From contig NZ_LT934425.1 in assembly GCF_900232105.1 (NCBI RefSeq), forward strand, positions 4,350,001 through 4,382,000: a stretch of DNA of 32,000 bases, read 5' to 3'. The notes beneath the pieces are model-generated. The model did no database searches, had not been told where the DNA came from, and saw only the letters and a program-made list of their open reading frames with translations. This DNA is from Candidatus Kuenenia stuttgartensis (GTDB taxonomy: Bacteria > Planctomycetota > Brocadiia > Brocadiales > Brocadiaceae). Both the position numbers and the translations under genes were made by a program. Below, piece after piece: positions 23,960-32,000 of the stretch; position 1 is the stretch's first letter, and each line of letters opens with the position of its first letter.

Positions 23960-24646
23960 ATGGATGCATACAAAAAGTATTTAGCCGAATTTGTTGGTAC
24001 ATTTGCATTGGTTTTCATTGCCGCTGGCGCTGTGTGCGCTGATTTTTATTTGAAGCAGTCTGGCGGGCAAGGTTTTGGGCTTCTGGGAATTTCAATTGCT
24101 TATGGTGTCGTGGTAATTGCCGTTATTTATGCCATGGGCTATGTGTCTGGTTCCCATATTAACCCTGCAGTAACAATATCTTTTTGGATCACGAAAAGAA
24201 TGGAGCCTAACACTGCAATTATGTACATAATTTCTCAGATCGGCGGAGCTATTTTAGGCGGGTTTGCATTGCGAACTATTTTTCCTGACGCATTAAGTAG
24301 TATTCATCTAGGGACGAGCACACTAGCCGCAGGCGTCTCCATTGAAAGAGGCATACTGATGGAATTTATTATATCGTTCCTCCTGATCTTTACCATCTAT
24401 GGGACACTCGTAGATAAAAGGGCTTCTGGGGGTTTTGCCGGACTAGCGGTTGGGTTGGTAGTATTGTTTGGCTCGCTGGTTGGCGGGACAATTAGTGGCG
24501 GGGCAATGAATCCTGTACGCGTTTTTGGCCCTGCGATTGCTTCTGGCCAATTTACTAATCATTACGTTTGGTGGATAGGCCCAATACTTGGCGGTATTGC
24601 GGCAGGCATTGTTTATGACAAGCTTTTCGCCGAACGTAAAAAATAA
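23960..24646 (+). CDS. MIP-family channel (aquaporin or aquaglyceroporin-like), NPA / NPV boxes
   Basis: SGSHINPAVT is the first NPA box and GGAMNPVRVFGPA is the second box, read as NPV. The protein has six hydrophobic segments. Confidence 0.9.
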   Translation: MDAYKKYLAEFVGTFALVFIAAGAVCADFYLKQSGGQGFGLLGISIAYGVVVIAVIYAMGYVSGSHINPAVTISFWITKRMEPNTAIMYIISQIGGAILGGFALRTIFPDALSSIHLGTSTLAAGVSIERGILMEFIISFLLIFTIYGTLVDKRASGGFAGLAVGLVVLFGSLVGGTISGGAMNPVRVFGPAIASGQFTNHYVWWIGPILGGIAAGIVYDKLFAERKK

Positions 24647-24694
24647 CGTGCAGTTGACGAAAGAGGTTTAAATAAGAAATATATAAATAGGAAG

Positions 24695-24732
24695 ACGGCA
24701 ATAGGTAGCGCATTTACCTATTGCCGTTTTTT
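24695..24732 (+). terminator. Rho-independent terminator of the MIP channel gene
   Basis: A 12-bp perfect stem, ACGGCAATAGGT / ACCTATTGCCGT, followed by TTTTTT. Confidence 0.8.
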
Positions 24733-24749
24733 CATTGAATTGAAGGGTT

Positions 24750-25403
24750 GTGCATTTGTTTGATATCGACATAGTTCTCTCCAAAATAAAGCATAAAAAC
24801 AAAGAGTTTGCCGAGCCTGCCGTTACAACTATTTCCAGGAAACGAACTCCTTTTCACGTATTGATATCCTGCCTTTTAAGTTTGCGGACAAAAGATCAAA
24901 CCACCAGAGCAGCCTCAGAACGGCTCTTTGCGATTGCGGATAATCCCGAAGATATGAAAAAGATCCCTTCGCAAAAACTGGAAAAACTAATCTATCCGGT
25001 AGGTTTCTACCGGAGAAAAGCGGTCACTATTCAGGAAATTTGTGAAACACTTACAAAAGATTACGAAGGTAAAGTCCCCGATGAAATAGATGAGCTGTTG
25101 AAACTAAACGGCGTTGGACGAAAAACAGCAAATTTGGTAGTTTCCCTGGGATACAAAAAACCGGGGATTTGCGTTGACGTCCATGTGCATAGGATTACTA
25201 ATCGTTGGGGCTACATAAAGACAAAAACTCCGGCAGAAACTGAATGTGCCCTCCGCAAAAAACTCCCCGCAAAATATTGGTTGTGTATCAATGATCTTCT
25301 CGTTACTTACGGTCAGAATATTTGTGTCCCAATTTCACCGAAATGCAGTCTTTGCCCGGTAAATAGTTATTGTAAAAAAGCAGGGGTAACACGGCACAGA
25401 TGA
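24750..25403 (+). CDS. nth: Endonuclease III (HhH-GPD DNA glycosylase with a 4Fe-4S cluster), GTG start
   Basis: The HhH motif is LKLNGVGRKTANLV. The cluster motif is CVPISPKCSLCPVNSYC (C-x6-C-x2-C-x5-C). Confidence 0.85.
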   Translation: MHLFDIDIVLSKIKHKNKEFAEPAVTTISRKRTPFHVLISCLLSLRTKDQTTRAASERLFAIADNPEDMKKIPSQKLEKLIYPVGFYRRKAVTIQEICETLTKDYEGKVPDEIDELLKLNGVGRKTANLVVSLGYKKPGICVDVHVHRITNRWGYIKTKTPAETECALRKKLPAKYWLCINDLLVTYGQNICVPISPKCSLCPVNSYCKKAGVTRHR

Positions 25404-25474
25404 ATGCGATTTCATAAATAATGCGAAAAAAGGCGATATACATAAATAAGCATCTGCAATGACATTTTGATAGA

Positions 25475-26371
25475 TTGGGAAACAATATGAGACCTCCTTG
25501 GATAAGGGCAAAATTCCCGTCAGGTAAAGGTTTCACGGAAATAAGGGAGATACTGCAGGAATATCGGTTGCAGACCGTGTGCGATGCGGCTTTGTGCCCC
25601 AATATCGGCGAATGCTACAATCAAAAAACGGCAACGTTTCTAATACTGGGCGGTGTATGTACCAGAAAATGCGGGTATTGTGCCGTTACAAAAGGAACCG
25701 CTGCGACACTGGATGAAGAAGAACCATATCGGGTCGCTACGGCTGTCAGGAAAATGGGATTAAAATATGTCGTTATCACATCAGTAACCAGGGATGATAT
25801 CACAGACGGCGGTGCGGGCATCTTTGCACAAACGATTCAATGTGTTCGTGATTTTGTTAATGATTGCAAGGTGGAAGTATTGATTCCTGATTTTGGGGGT
25901 TCCGTTGATGCGTTATGGACGGTATTGGATGCAAGGCCTGATGTTTTAAATCATAATATAGAAACTGTTCGCCGTTTGTATCCAATAGTAAGACCTGGGG
26001 CTGATTATGAAAGATCACTGCAATTATTGCGTATTGCAAGTGAAGAGAGGCTGCTTATGCCAACAAAATCAGGGATCATGCTGGGATTGGGAGAACAATG
26101 GGATGAGATAACAGAGGTTCTACACGATATTAAAAATACCGGTTGTGAAATAATAACGTTGGGACAGTATCTTCGTCCAAATAAAAACGCCTTACCTGCT
26201 AAACGGTATTATACACCTATGGAGTTTGAAAGATTACAACGGGAAGGAGAAAAAATGGGTTTCCGTTGTGTTGAGTCCGGCCCCCTGGTAAGAAGCTCTT
26301 ACCATGCAAAGGCACAATCAGAGAGTATTTTAGAAAAAAAACCAGAAATTATACAAAAAACCCATAATTAA
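25475..26371 (+). CDS. lipA: Lipoyl synthase (radical SAM)
   Basis: CPNIGEC...CTRKCGYC cysteine motifs, and RSSYHA near the C-terminus. An alternative start MRPPWIRAK lies at 25487. Confidence 0.9.
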   Translation: MGNNMRPPWIRAKFPSGKGFTEIREILQEYRLQTVCDAALCPNIGECYNQKTATFLILGGVCTRKCGYCAVTKGTAATLDEEEPYRVATAVRKMGLKYVVITSVTRDDITDGGAGIFAQTIQCVRDFVNDCKVEVLIPDFGGSVDALWTVLDARPDVLNHNIETVRRLYPIVRPGADYERSLQLLRIASEERLLMPTKSGIMLGLGEQWDEITEVLHDIKNTGCEIITLGQYLRPNKNALPAKRYYTPMEFERLQREGEKMGFRCVESGPLVRSSYHAKAQSESILEKKPEIIQKTHN

Positions 26372-26373
26372 CT

Positions 26374-26490
26374 CCGAAGGGGTGATATAATTTTATCTTT
26401 CATGAAACACCGGACAGTGGCGATTATGTCATCCCTTCGGGATTAGGCGTGGTTTTACCGTGTTTTTCTATAATCATATTACCCCTTCGG
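26374..26490. repeat. Palindromic element directly after lipA (possible terminator or REP-like)
   Basis: The outer IR is CCGAAGGGGTGATAT (26374-26388) against the reverse complement of ATATTACCCCTTCGG (26476-26490), 14/15 by eye. There is a central hairpin ATCCCTTCGGGAT (26431-26443). Confidence 0.6.
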
Positions 26491-26512
26491 GGTTCTCCTT
26501 TTTTCCCGGAAT

Positions 26513-26566
26513 TTTTCAAAAAGCTAAAGTGTTACCTTTTTTTGTAACCGTTTAGCTTTTTGAAAA
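26513..26566. repeat. Perfect 16-nt inverted repeat element upstream of thiD
   Basis: TTTTCAAAAAGCTAAA (26513-26528) pairs with TTTAGCTTTTTGAAAA (26551-26566). There is an inner GTTAC...GTAAC pair. It is related to 21524-21548. Confidence 0.75.
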
Positions 26567-26579
26567 AACACCATGAAAA

Positions 26580-27416
26580 ATGAATAAACAAGCAATTCCT
26601 TTATTTAAAGCGCTTACGATAGCCGGCTCCGATAGTATTGGCGGAGCGGGTATACAGGCGGACATGAAAACCATCGCGGCATTGGGAGGATATGCGGCCA
26701 CTGCAATCACCGCGTTAACGGCACAAAACACGCTGGGAGTACATGCCGTCTATGAAATTCCTGCTTCCTTTGTTGCGCGGCAAATTGACGCAGTAGTATC
26801 CGATACTGGCGCCGACATCGTCAAAACAGGAATGTTGTACAGCAAGGATATCATTGAAACGGTTGCCTCCAGGCTCAAACATTATGCGCTTTCACCTGTT
26901 GTCGTCGATCCCGTCATGCTGTCAAAAAATGGAGCGGCACTATTGGCCGAAGATGCCATTCCGGCCTTGATCTCTCAATTGTTTCCCTTGGCTTTCATCG
27001 TTACGCCAAATATTCCGGAAGCCGCACATATTTCGGGCATAAAAATTCAAAATATCACAGATGCAGAAAAGGCTGCAAAATACATACACAAACTCGGCCC
27101 CGCAAACGTACTAATAAAAGGCGGCCATGCTCTGCATTCAAGTGATATAAAGAGCAGCAATACGGTAATTGATATTTTGTACACTGGAAAATCCTTTGCA
27201 TATATTGAAGGCGAGTATCTCCCCGCAAAACATGTCCATGGTACCGGATGCGTCTATGCCTCCGCAATCGCAGCGTATCTTGCGAAAGGATGCGGCATCG
27301 CGGAAGCTGTTCGGCAGGCAAAAAAATTTGTCGTTCTGTGTATTAAAAAATCATTCTCTCCGGGCAGGGGATATGATGTTATGGAGCCGTTTAGTACCTT
27401 AGCGCCTTATCAGTAA
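26580..27416 (+). CDS. thiD: Hydroxymethylpyrimidine/phosphomethylpyrimidine kinase
   Basis: LTIAGSDSIGGAGIQADMKT, DPVM, and the C-terminal GTGC..ASAIAA pattern of the ThiD/PfkB family. Confidence 0.9.
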   Translation: MNKQAIPLFKALTIAGSDSIGGAGIQADMKTIAALGGYAATAITALTAQNTLGVHAVYEIPASFVARQIDAVVSDTGADIVKTGMLYSKDIIETVASRLKHYALSPVVVDPVMLSKNGAALLAEDAIPALISQLFPLAFIVTPNIPEAAHISGIKIQNITDAEKAAKYIHKLGPANVLIKGGHALHSSDIKSSNTVIDILYTGKSFAYIEGEYLPAKHVHGTGCVYASAIAAYLAKGCGIAEAVRQAKKFVVLCIKKSFSPGRGYDVMEPFSTLAPYQ

Positions 27417-27864
27417 CTTCTTTGCACACTTCCATTCGTCAGTGCGTGTTTTTTGGCAAAATATTTAATGGTGAAATCCGGAATGCTAAATACTAAATCC
27501 GAAACAAATTCTAATGACAAAATAATTTGAACTTCTGAACAAATGCATCTTTCATATCTCGCATTTCATGCTTAATATTGTTGCCTGCCTCTGCGTTGTC
27601 GCATGCAGACAGGTATGTTTTGGATTTGTTTCGAATTTTATGTTTTGTCATTACAATTTGTTTCATATTTTGTACTTCGAGTTTAGTATTTTTTATACCT
27701 TACTTGTTTGGTTCTGGCTATGCCAGTTTAGGGCATTACAATTCCCTTGAATTAGCTTGTTTAGGCTGTTATACTTTTTAAAAGTGGCAAGCCTCTCCTG
27801 ATTTACATCGCGATAAATATCTCTTTTAAATTCGTTGTTTGTAGGTAATTGAGGAAGCGATAGT

Positions 27865-28500
27865 ATGCAACAAGCCGTTAGCCTGGAATCAAGCGTGCTC
27901 GTATTAAACAAGTTTTTCATGGCGCTCCATGTAATCTCTGCGAAACGGGCATTCACATTGCTATGTAAGCACATTGCTGAGGTTGTTTCCGTGGATGAGG
28001 GAAAATATAATTCCTATAATTTTGAAAGCTGGAGGGATGTTTCTTCGTACAAGGTCTCGCTCGGTTTAACAGACGACGACACTACGAGTTGGGTAAAAAC
28101 TGTTTCCTTTTCCATTGAGGTGCCAAAGATTATCCGGCTCTTAACATACGACAAATTTCCTCAATCTTCTTTGAAATTTAACAGAAGGAATATTTTTGCC
28201 AGAGATGAAAATAAATGTCAATACTGCAGCAAACGTTTTCCGGTTTCAGAATTAAGTTTTGATCATGTTATACCAAGGGCGCATGACGGAAAAACCACGT
28301 GGGAAAACGTGGTATGTGCATGTACTGAATGCAACAAAAGAAAAGGCGGCAGGACTCCTGAACAGGCGGGAATGAAGTTGACCAGAATACCCGTAAAACC
28401 AAAACACAGCCCTGTATTGAGATTGAAACTCCGGTTTGAAAAATATGAATCGTGGAAACAATTTTTGGACGAAGCGTATTGGTCGGTTCCATTAAAATAG
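27865..28500 (+). CDS. HNH endonuclease-domain protein (211 aa)
   Basis: CQYCSKRF..LSFDHVIPRAHDGKTTWENVVCACTECNKRKG is the HNH motif with a zinc-ribbon cysteine pair. Confidence 0.85.
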   Translation: MQQAVSLESSVLVLNKFFMALHVISAKRAFTLLCKHIAEVVSVDEGKYNSYNFESWRDVSSYKVSLGLTDDDTTSWVKTVSFSIEVPKIIRLLTYDKFPQSSLKFNRRNIFARDENKCQYCSKRFPVSELSFDHVIPRAHDGKTTWENVVCACTECNKRKGGRTPEQAGMKLTRIPVKPKHSPVLRLKLRFEKYESWKQFLDEAYWSVPLK

Positions 28501-28563
28501 TCCCCCCCCTACCAAAGCCTTCATACAATAAACTATCGACACAGTAATTAATCCAGCTTTGCC

Positions 28564-29655
28564 TTGTCCACATCTTCAATAAAAAAATATTATTTGTGTT
28601 TGATAAGGAAAGAGCTTTCCGGCATACTGCCTGAGATTCTCCGGCAAATGCTCTATCTGTTATCGAAAATATACGGGTTTTCCATAAAAACTCGTATTTT
28701 TTTTTACAGAAAAGGCATTTTGAAAACATACCGGCTGCCCGTGCCAGTAATCAGCGTCGGAAATATTACTACAGGCGGAACGGGGAAAACCCCTGTTGTT
28801 GAATACCTGGCAAAATATGCTGGGAAAAAAGGCAAAAGGGTTATTATCATAAGCCGCGGATACGCGCCAATGATGCAACAGGGAAAAGATGCTGCAAGCA
28901 ATGAAATGTGCAATGATGAACACCTCTTATTTAAAGAGAATATCCCCGGCATAATGAATATATTGGGAAAAGACCGGGTAAAAAGCGGCTGGGAAGCCAT
29001 AAATCGCCGTCAGGCAGAGTGCTTGTTGCTGGATGATGGTTTTCAGCACCTACGGCTTTTACGGGATATGGACATTGTTCTTATTGATACACTGGAGCCT
29101 TTTGGATACGAATACACTTTGCCCCGTGGATTATTAAGAGAACCATTGGAAGGATTAAGAAGGTCAGATCTGTTTCTATTGACTCATACAGACCAAATTA
29201 GCCCTGAAAAAAAACAGACGGTAATCAACCGGCTCCGTGAAATTGCAAGAGATGTTCCCGTAATAGAATCAATCCACAAACCAGTGCGTCTGGTTTTAGC
29301 AGCCGATGAAAAATCGTTTGGTACTGAATGGTTGGCCGGAAAGAAGGTTTTTGCTTTCTGCGCAATCGGAAATCCGTTATCGTTCAGGAAAAGCCTTGAG
29401 AGTTTAGGAGCGATACTGGTTGGTTTCCATGAATTTCCAGACCATCACGCATATACTCCTTCGGATCTGCATATTTTAAACGGCGAAGCCAGATGCGCCT
29501 CTCCCGATGCAGTCGTCATTACGCAAAAAGACCGTGTAAAACTAGGAAAAGACCTTGCCCGCTGGACGTTACCGGTATTAACGCTGAAGATGGAGATTTG
29601 TATTACAAAAGGAAGTGAAATTTTGCATAAAAAGTTAGATGAGAAATTAAATTGA
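28564..29655 (+). CDS. lpxK: Tetraacyldisaccharide 4'-kinase (start uncertain: TTG at 28564 or TTG at 28600)
   Basis: PVISVGNITTGGTGKTPVVEYLA is the P-loop and DDGFQH is also present. Length fits LpxK. Confidence 0.85.
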   Translation: MSTSSIKKYYLCLIRKELSGILPEILRQMLYLLSKIYGFSIKTRIFFYRKGILKTYRLPVPVISVGNITTGGTGKTPVVEYLAKYAGKKGKRVIIISRGYAPMMQQGKDAASNEMCNDEHLLFKENIPGIMNILGKDRVKSGWEAINRRQAECLLLDDGFQHLRLLRDMDIVLIDTLEPFGYEYTLPRGLLREPLEGLRRSDLFLLTHTDQISPEKKQTVINRLREIARDVPVIESIHKPVRLVLAADEKSFGTEWLAGKKVFAFCAIGNPLSFRKSLESLGAILVGFHEFPDHHAYTPSDLHILNGEARCASPDAVVITQKDRVKLGKDLARWTLPVLTLKMEICITKGSEILHKKLDEKLN

Positions 29656-29669
29656 AAGGAAAAGAATAA

Positions 29670-29840
<171 letters not shown>

Positions 29841-29917
29841 TCCAGGGGAACTTAAGGGAACCACAGATTTCACAGACTTCGTCGTGATCTCAGTCGAACG
29901 ATTGCACAGATTAAAAA

Positions 29918-29957
29918 CAGGGTGGCACGGACAAACAAGTTTGTCCGTACCACCCTG
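29918..29957. repeat. Long hairpin after the ferredoxin gene (possible terminator; no T-run)
   Basis: CAGGGTGGCACGGACAAA pairs with TTTGTCCGTACCACCCTG, an 18-bp stem with one mismatch and a 4-nt loop. Confidence 0.6.
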
Positions 29958-30011
29958 TACCTAAGTGTTACAATATTTCTTGTTTTGTCTCATTAATGCC
30001 AGGAACAATAG

Positions 30012-30983
30012 ATGGAAAATCAGCATCATTGCGAAATCAGGAAATATACTCCTTTAGATCTTGGAAAGATTAGTACCTATTCAATAACAGAACGACAGAA
30101 TCTTTCCAATATTCATCTTTTTGCCAAACCAACAGAACCCACTGACGGAATAAAGGCCTTTTTCGAATCTTTGCCAGAAATACTGGCTTCGGCAAATCTG
30201 CGCAAGGTTATTGATGCAATAGTCCTGGCGCGACAGAATAAGCGTCCGGTGGTAATGTCATTTGGGGCGCACGTAATCAAATGCGGTTTGTCACCGCTCA
30301 TTATTGATTTGATGAAACGGAATATTATAACCGCCCTTGCAATGAATGGGGCTGCCGCTATTCACGATTACGAAATATCACTGATCGGCGCAACCTCGGA
30401 AGATGTGGCAGAAAGTCTGAGGGATGGAAGCTTTGGAATGACAAAAGAAACTCCTGAAGCATTTCAAATAGCCTCTTCAAGGGGAGCAACTGAGGGCATC
30501 GGATTGGGAAGGGCAATGGGAGAAAAGATTATTGCGGATAACAAAGCCTATACCGATCTGAGTTTATTGGCCTGGAGTGCGAAACTGGATATCCCGTCCA
30601 CCGTACATGTTGCGTTCGGCACAGACACTATTTACATGCATCCTAACATTTCAGGCAAAGACATGGGCGAATCCAGTCATATTGATTTCAGGATACTTGC
30701 TTCAATAGTATCCGATTTGGAGGGTGGCGTCTGGCTCAACGTTGGGTCTGCTGTCATCATGCCGGAGGTGTTTCTTAAAGCGCTTACCATAGCAAGAAAC
30801 GTGGGGAACAAAGTGGAAAATTTTGTAACGGTAAACATGGACATGATCCAGCACTACCGGCCGCAAACCAATGTATTAAAAAGGCCTACCCGTACCGGAT
30901 ACGCACTCACCGGACACCACGAAATCATGTTCCCCCTGCTCAGAATGGGCATTCTTTCAAGACTTGGCTCTGAAAATGAGTAA
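30012..30983 (+). CDS. Conserved protein of unknown function (323 aa); possibly a deoxyhypusine-synthase-like fold
   Basis: A long ORF with conserved-looking blocks (GAHVIKCGLSPLIIDLM, NGAAAIHDYE, GSAVIMPEVF). The family assignment is from memory only and is weak. Confidence 0.4.
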   Translation: MENQHHCEIRKYTPLDLGKISTYSITERQNLSNIHLFAKPTEPTDGIKAFFESLPEILASANLRKVIDAIVLARQNKRPVVMSFGAHVIKCGLSPLIIDLMKRNIITALAMNGAAAIHDYEISLIGATSEDVAESLRDGSFGMTKETPEAFQIASSRGATEGIGLGRAMGEKIIADNKAYTDLSLLAWSAKLDIPSTVHVAFGTDTIYMHPNISGKDMGESSHIDFRILASIVSDLEGGVWLNVGSAVIMPEVFLKALTIARNVGNKVENFVTVNMDMIQHYRPQTNVLKRPTRTGYALTGHHEIMFPLLRMGILSRLGSENE

Positions 30984-31620
30984 AAAAAATACCCTATTGA
31001 AAATATACCGCAAAATGTACGATTCTCTGGGACCTCAACAATGGTGGCCTGGAGAAACACCGTTTGAAATTATCATTGGCGCTATATTGACCCAGAATAC
31101 CAATTGGTCAAATGTTGAAAAGGCTATCAATAATATAAAAAAAGTAAACAAACTTACCCCAAAGGGAATACATTCGCTAAGTTTGCCGGAACTGGCGGAA
31201 CTGGTCAGGCCTTCAGGGTTTTTTAATGTCAAGGCAAAGCGTGTTAAAACATTTGTCAACTGGCTGTTTTCAAAATATGAGGGCAATCTCACCGCCATGT
31301 TTCATCAGGACTGCCGGACGCTTCGTGAAGAATTGCTTAGCATAAACGGCATTGGACCGGAAACGGCGGATTCGATTCTGCTTTACGCAGGCAATATGCC
31401 TACTTTTGTCATAGACGCCTATACGCACAGGATATTTTCGCGGCACGGCCTTGTTCCTGAAGAAAGCGCTTACGATGAAATGAAATCTTTTTTTGAAGAC
31501 AACCTCCCCGAAGACACTAAATTATTCAATGAATACCATGCCCTGATCGTGAACATCGGAAAGTTGTTTTGCAAACCCAAAAGGGTGTGTGAACAGTGCC
31601 CTCTGCTTGAGTTTTTGTAA
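30976..31620 (+). CDS. Endonuclease III-related protein (COG2231-type HhH-GPD protein)
   Basis: WWPGETPFEIIIGAILTQNTNW, the HhH motif LLSINGIGPETADSILLY, and a C-terminal Cys cluster C..CEQCP. The MSKKNTL start overlaps the upstream stop (ATGAGTAA). Confidence 0.75.
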   Translation: MSKKNTLLKIYRKMYDSLGPQQWWPGETPFEIIIGAILTQNTNWSNVEKAINNIKKVNKLTPKGIHSLSLPELAELVRPSGFFNVKAKRVKTFVNWLFSKYEGNLTAMFHQDCRTLREELLSINGIGPETADSILLYAGNMPTFVIDAYTHRIFSRHGLVPEESAYDEMKSFFEDNLPEDTKLFNEYHALIVNIGKLFCKPKRVCEQCPLLEFL

Positions 31621-31756
31621 CTATTCGGAGTAAACACTACGGTCTAACATGATAGCATCAGGCGCTTATCACATCACATCCTTTGTTGCCCAATGGCGCC
31701 CATCAGCCGCAACGCTTTTTGGCGTCGGCTGGATGGGATTGTTAGTCAATAATTCC

Positions 31757-32000
31757 TCACGCCGCGTGTAGCGGCGCCAACTCTTTATTGCTGATTCTCG
31801 ACAACCCAAGCTTTACCAATACACAGTTAATATCATCAGCAGTTACATTGGATGGCGCCGTGATCTCAATACCTATAGGATTACCGCTTTCACCAAAATC
31901 AATAATTAGTCCCTGACCCGCCTTAGCAGTTTTACGGCTTTTCTCCCCTTGCTGACGTGGTAAATACAGATATGCAGCAAGTGGCTGACCGTGACGAAAT
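31757..32000 (-). CDS. DUF2283-like small protein, 5'-partial at the window edge
   Basis: The minus strand from 31999 reads FRHGQPLAAYLYLPRQQGEKSRKTAKAGQGLIIDFGESGNPIGIEITAPSNV...*. The ..D.d..G..iGIEI..aS.. pattern matches DUF2283. Stop at 31759-31757. Confidence 0.5.
   Translation of the reverse strand, partial: FRHGQPLAAYLYLPRQQGEKSRKTAKAGQGLIIDFGESGNPIGIEITAPSNVTADDINCVLVKLGLSRISNKELAPLHAA

Noticed and set aside
23821-24018. Minus-strand 65-aa ORF overlapping the MIP channel start
   Set aside because: It is antisense to a well-supported gene start and has no motifs.
26372-26579. Possible TPP riboswitch upstream of thiD
   Set aside because: I could not find the conserved CTGAGA / ACCTGATCTGGATAATGCCAGCG-type core. 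The region is instead filled with palindromic repeat modules. An Rfam scan would settle it.
27568-27781. Two overlapping plus-strand ORFs of 60-67 aa
   Set aside because: Their translations are Phe/Cys/Leu-rich and low-complexity, and they span the inverted-repeat region. They are a composition artefact.

Overview
The window has two parts.

**Part 1 (1 to ~18.4 kb): accessory island.** It is compositionally patchy and built from mobile elements and orphan or decayed defence genes.
- Two head-to-head copies of one IS1634-family IS. One split the 3' end of an RM-type gene and the other truncated a hicB-like gene.
- A zeta-toxin-like P-loop ATPase with an overlapping 60-aa partner.
- An ISAzo13-family IS whose transposase is split at an A9 run.
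- An ORF-less group II intron-like RNA.
- A 2-TM membrane protein.
- An 855-aa gamma-class N6-adenine methyltransferase-like protein whose stop codon directly abuts an antitoxin-less PIN-domain gene. This is my best candidate for an undescribed module.
- A visibly GC-richer 518-aa protein of unknown function.
- A second, different IS1634-family IS.
- A decayed type I RM locus: an hsdR'-'hsdM chimera, an intact rhuM, and an hsdS carrying a frameshift plus a 203-bp MITE whose in-silico excision restores the reading frame.

**Part 2 (~18.5 to 32 kb): core chromosome.**
- An outer-membrane beta-barrel protein plus a 14-haem lipoprotein cytochrome.
- MBL hydrolase, pssA, a MIP channel (NPA/NPV), nth, lipA, thiD, an HNH protein, lpxK and a 56-aa 2x[4Fe-4S] ferredoxin.
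- A conserved protein of unknown function overlapping an EndoIII-related gene, and a partial DUF2283-like gene.

Several families of short palindromic or MITE-like repeats fill the intergenic regions. I found no rRNA, tRNA or CRISPR array. Gene content and composition suggest a Planctomycetota or anammox-like genome, but that is inference only. All homology calls come from motif recognition by eye, not from database searches.
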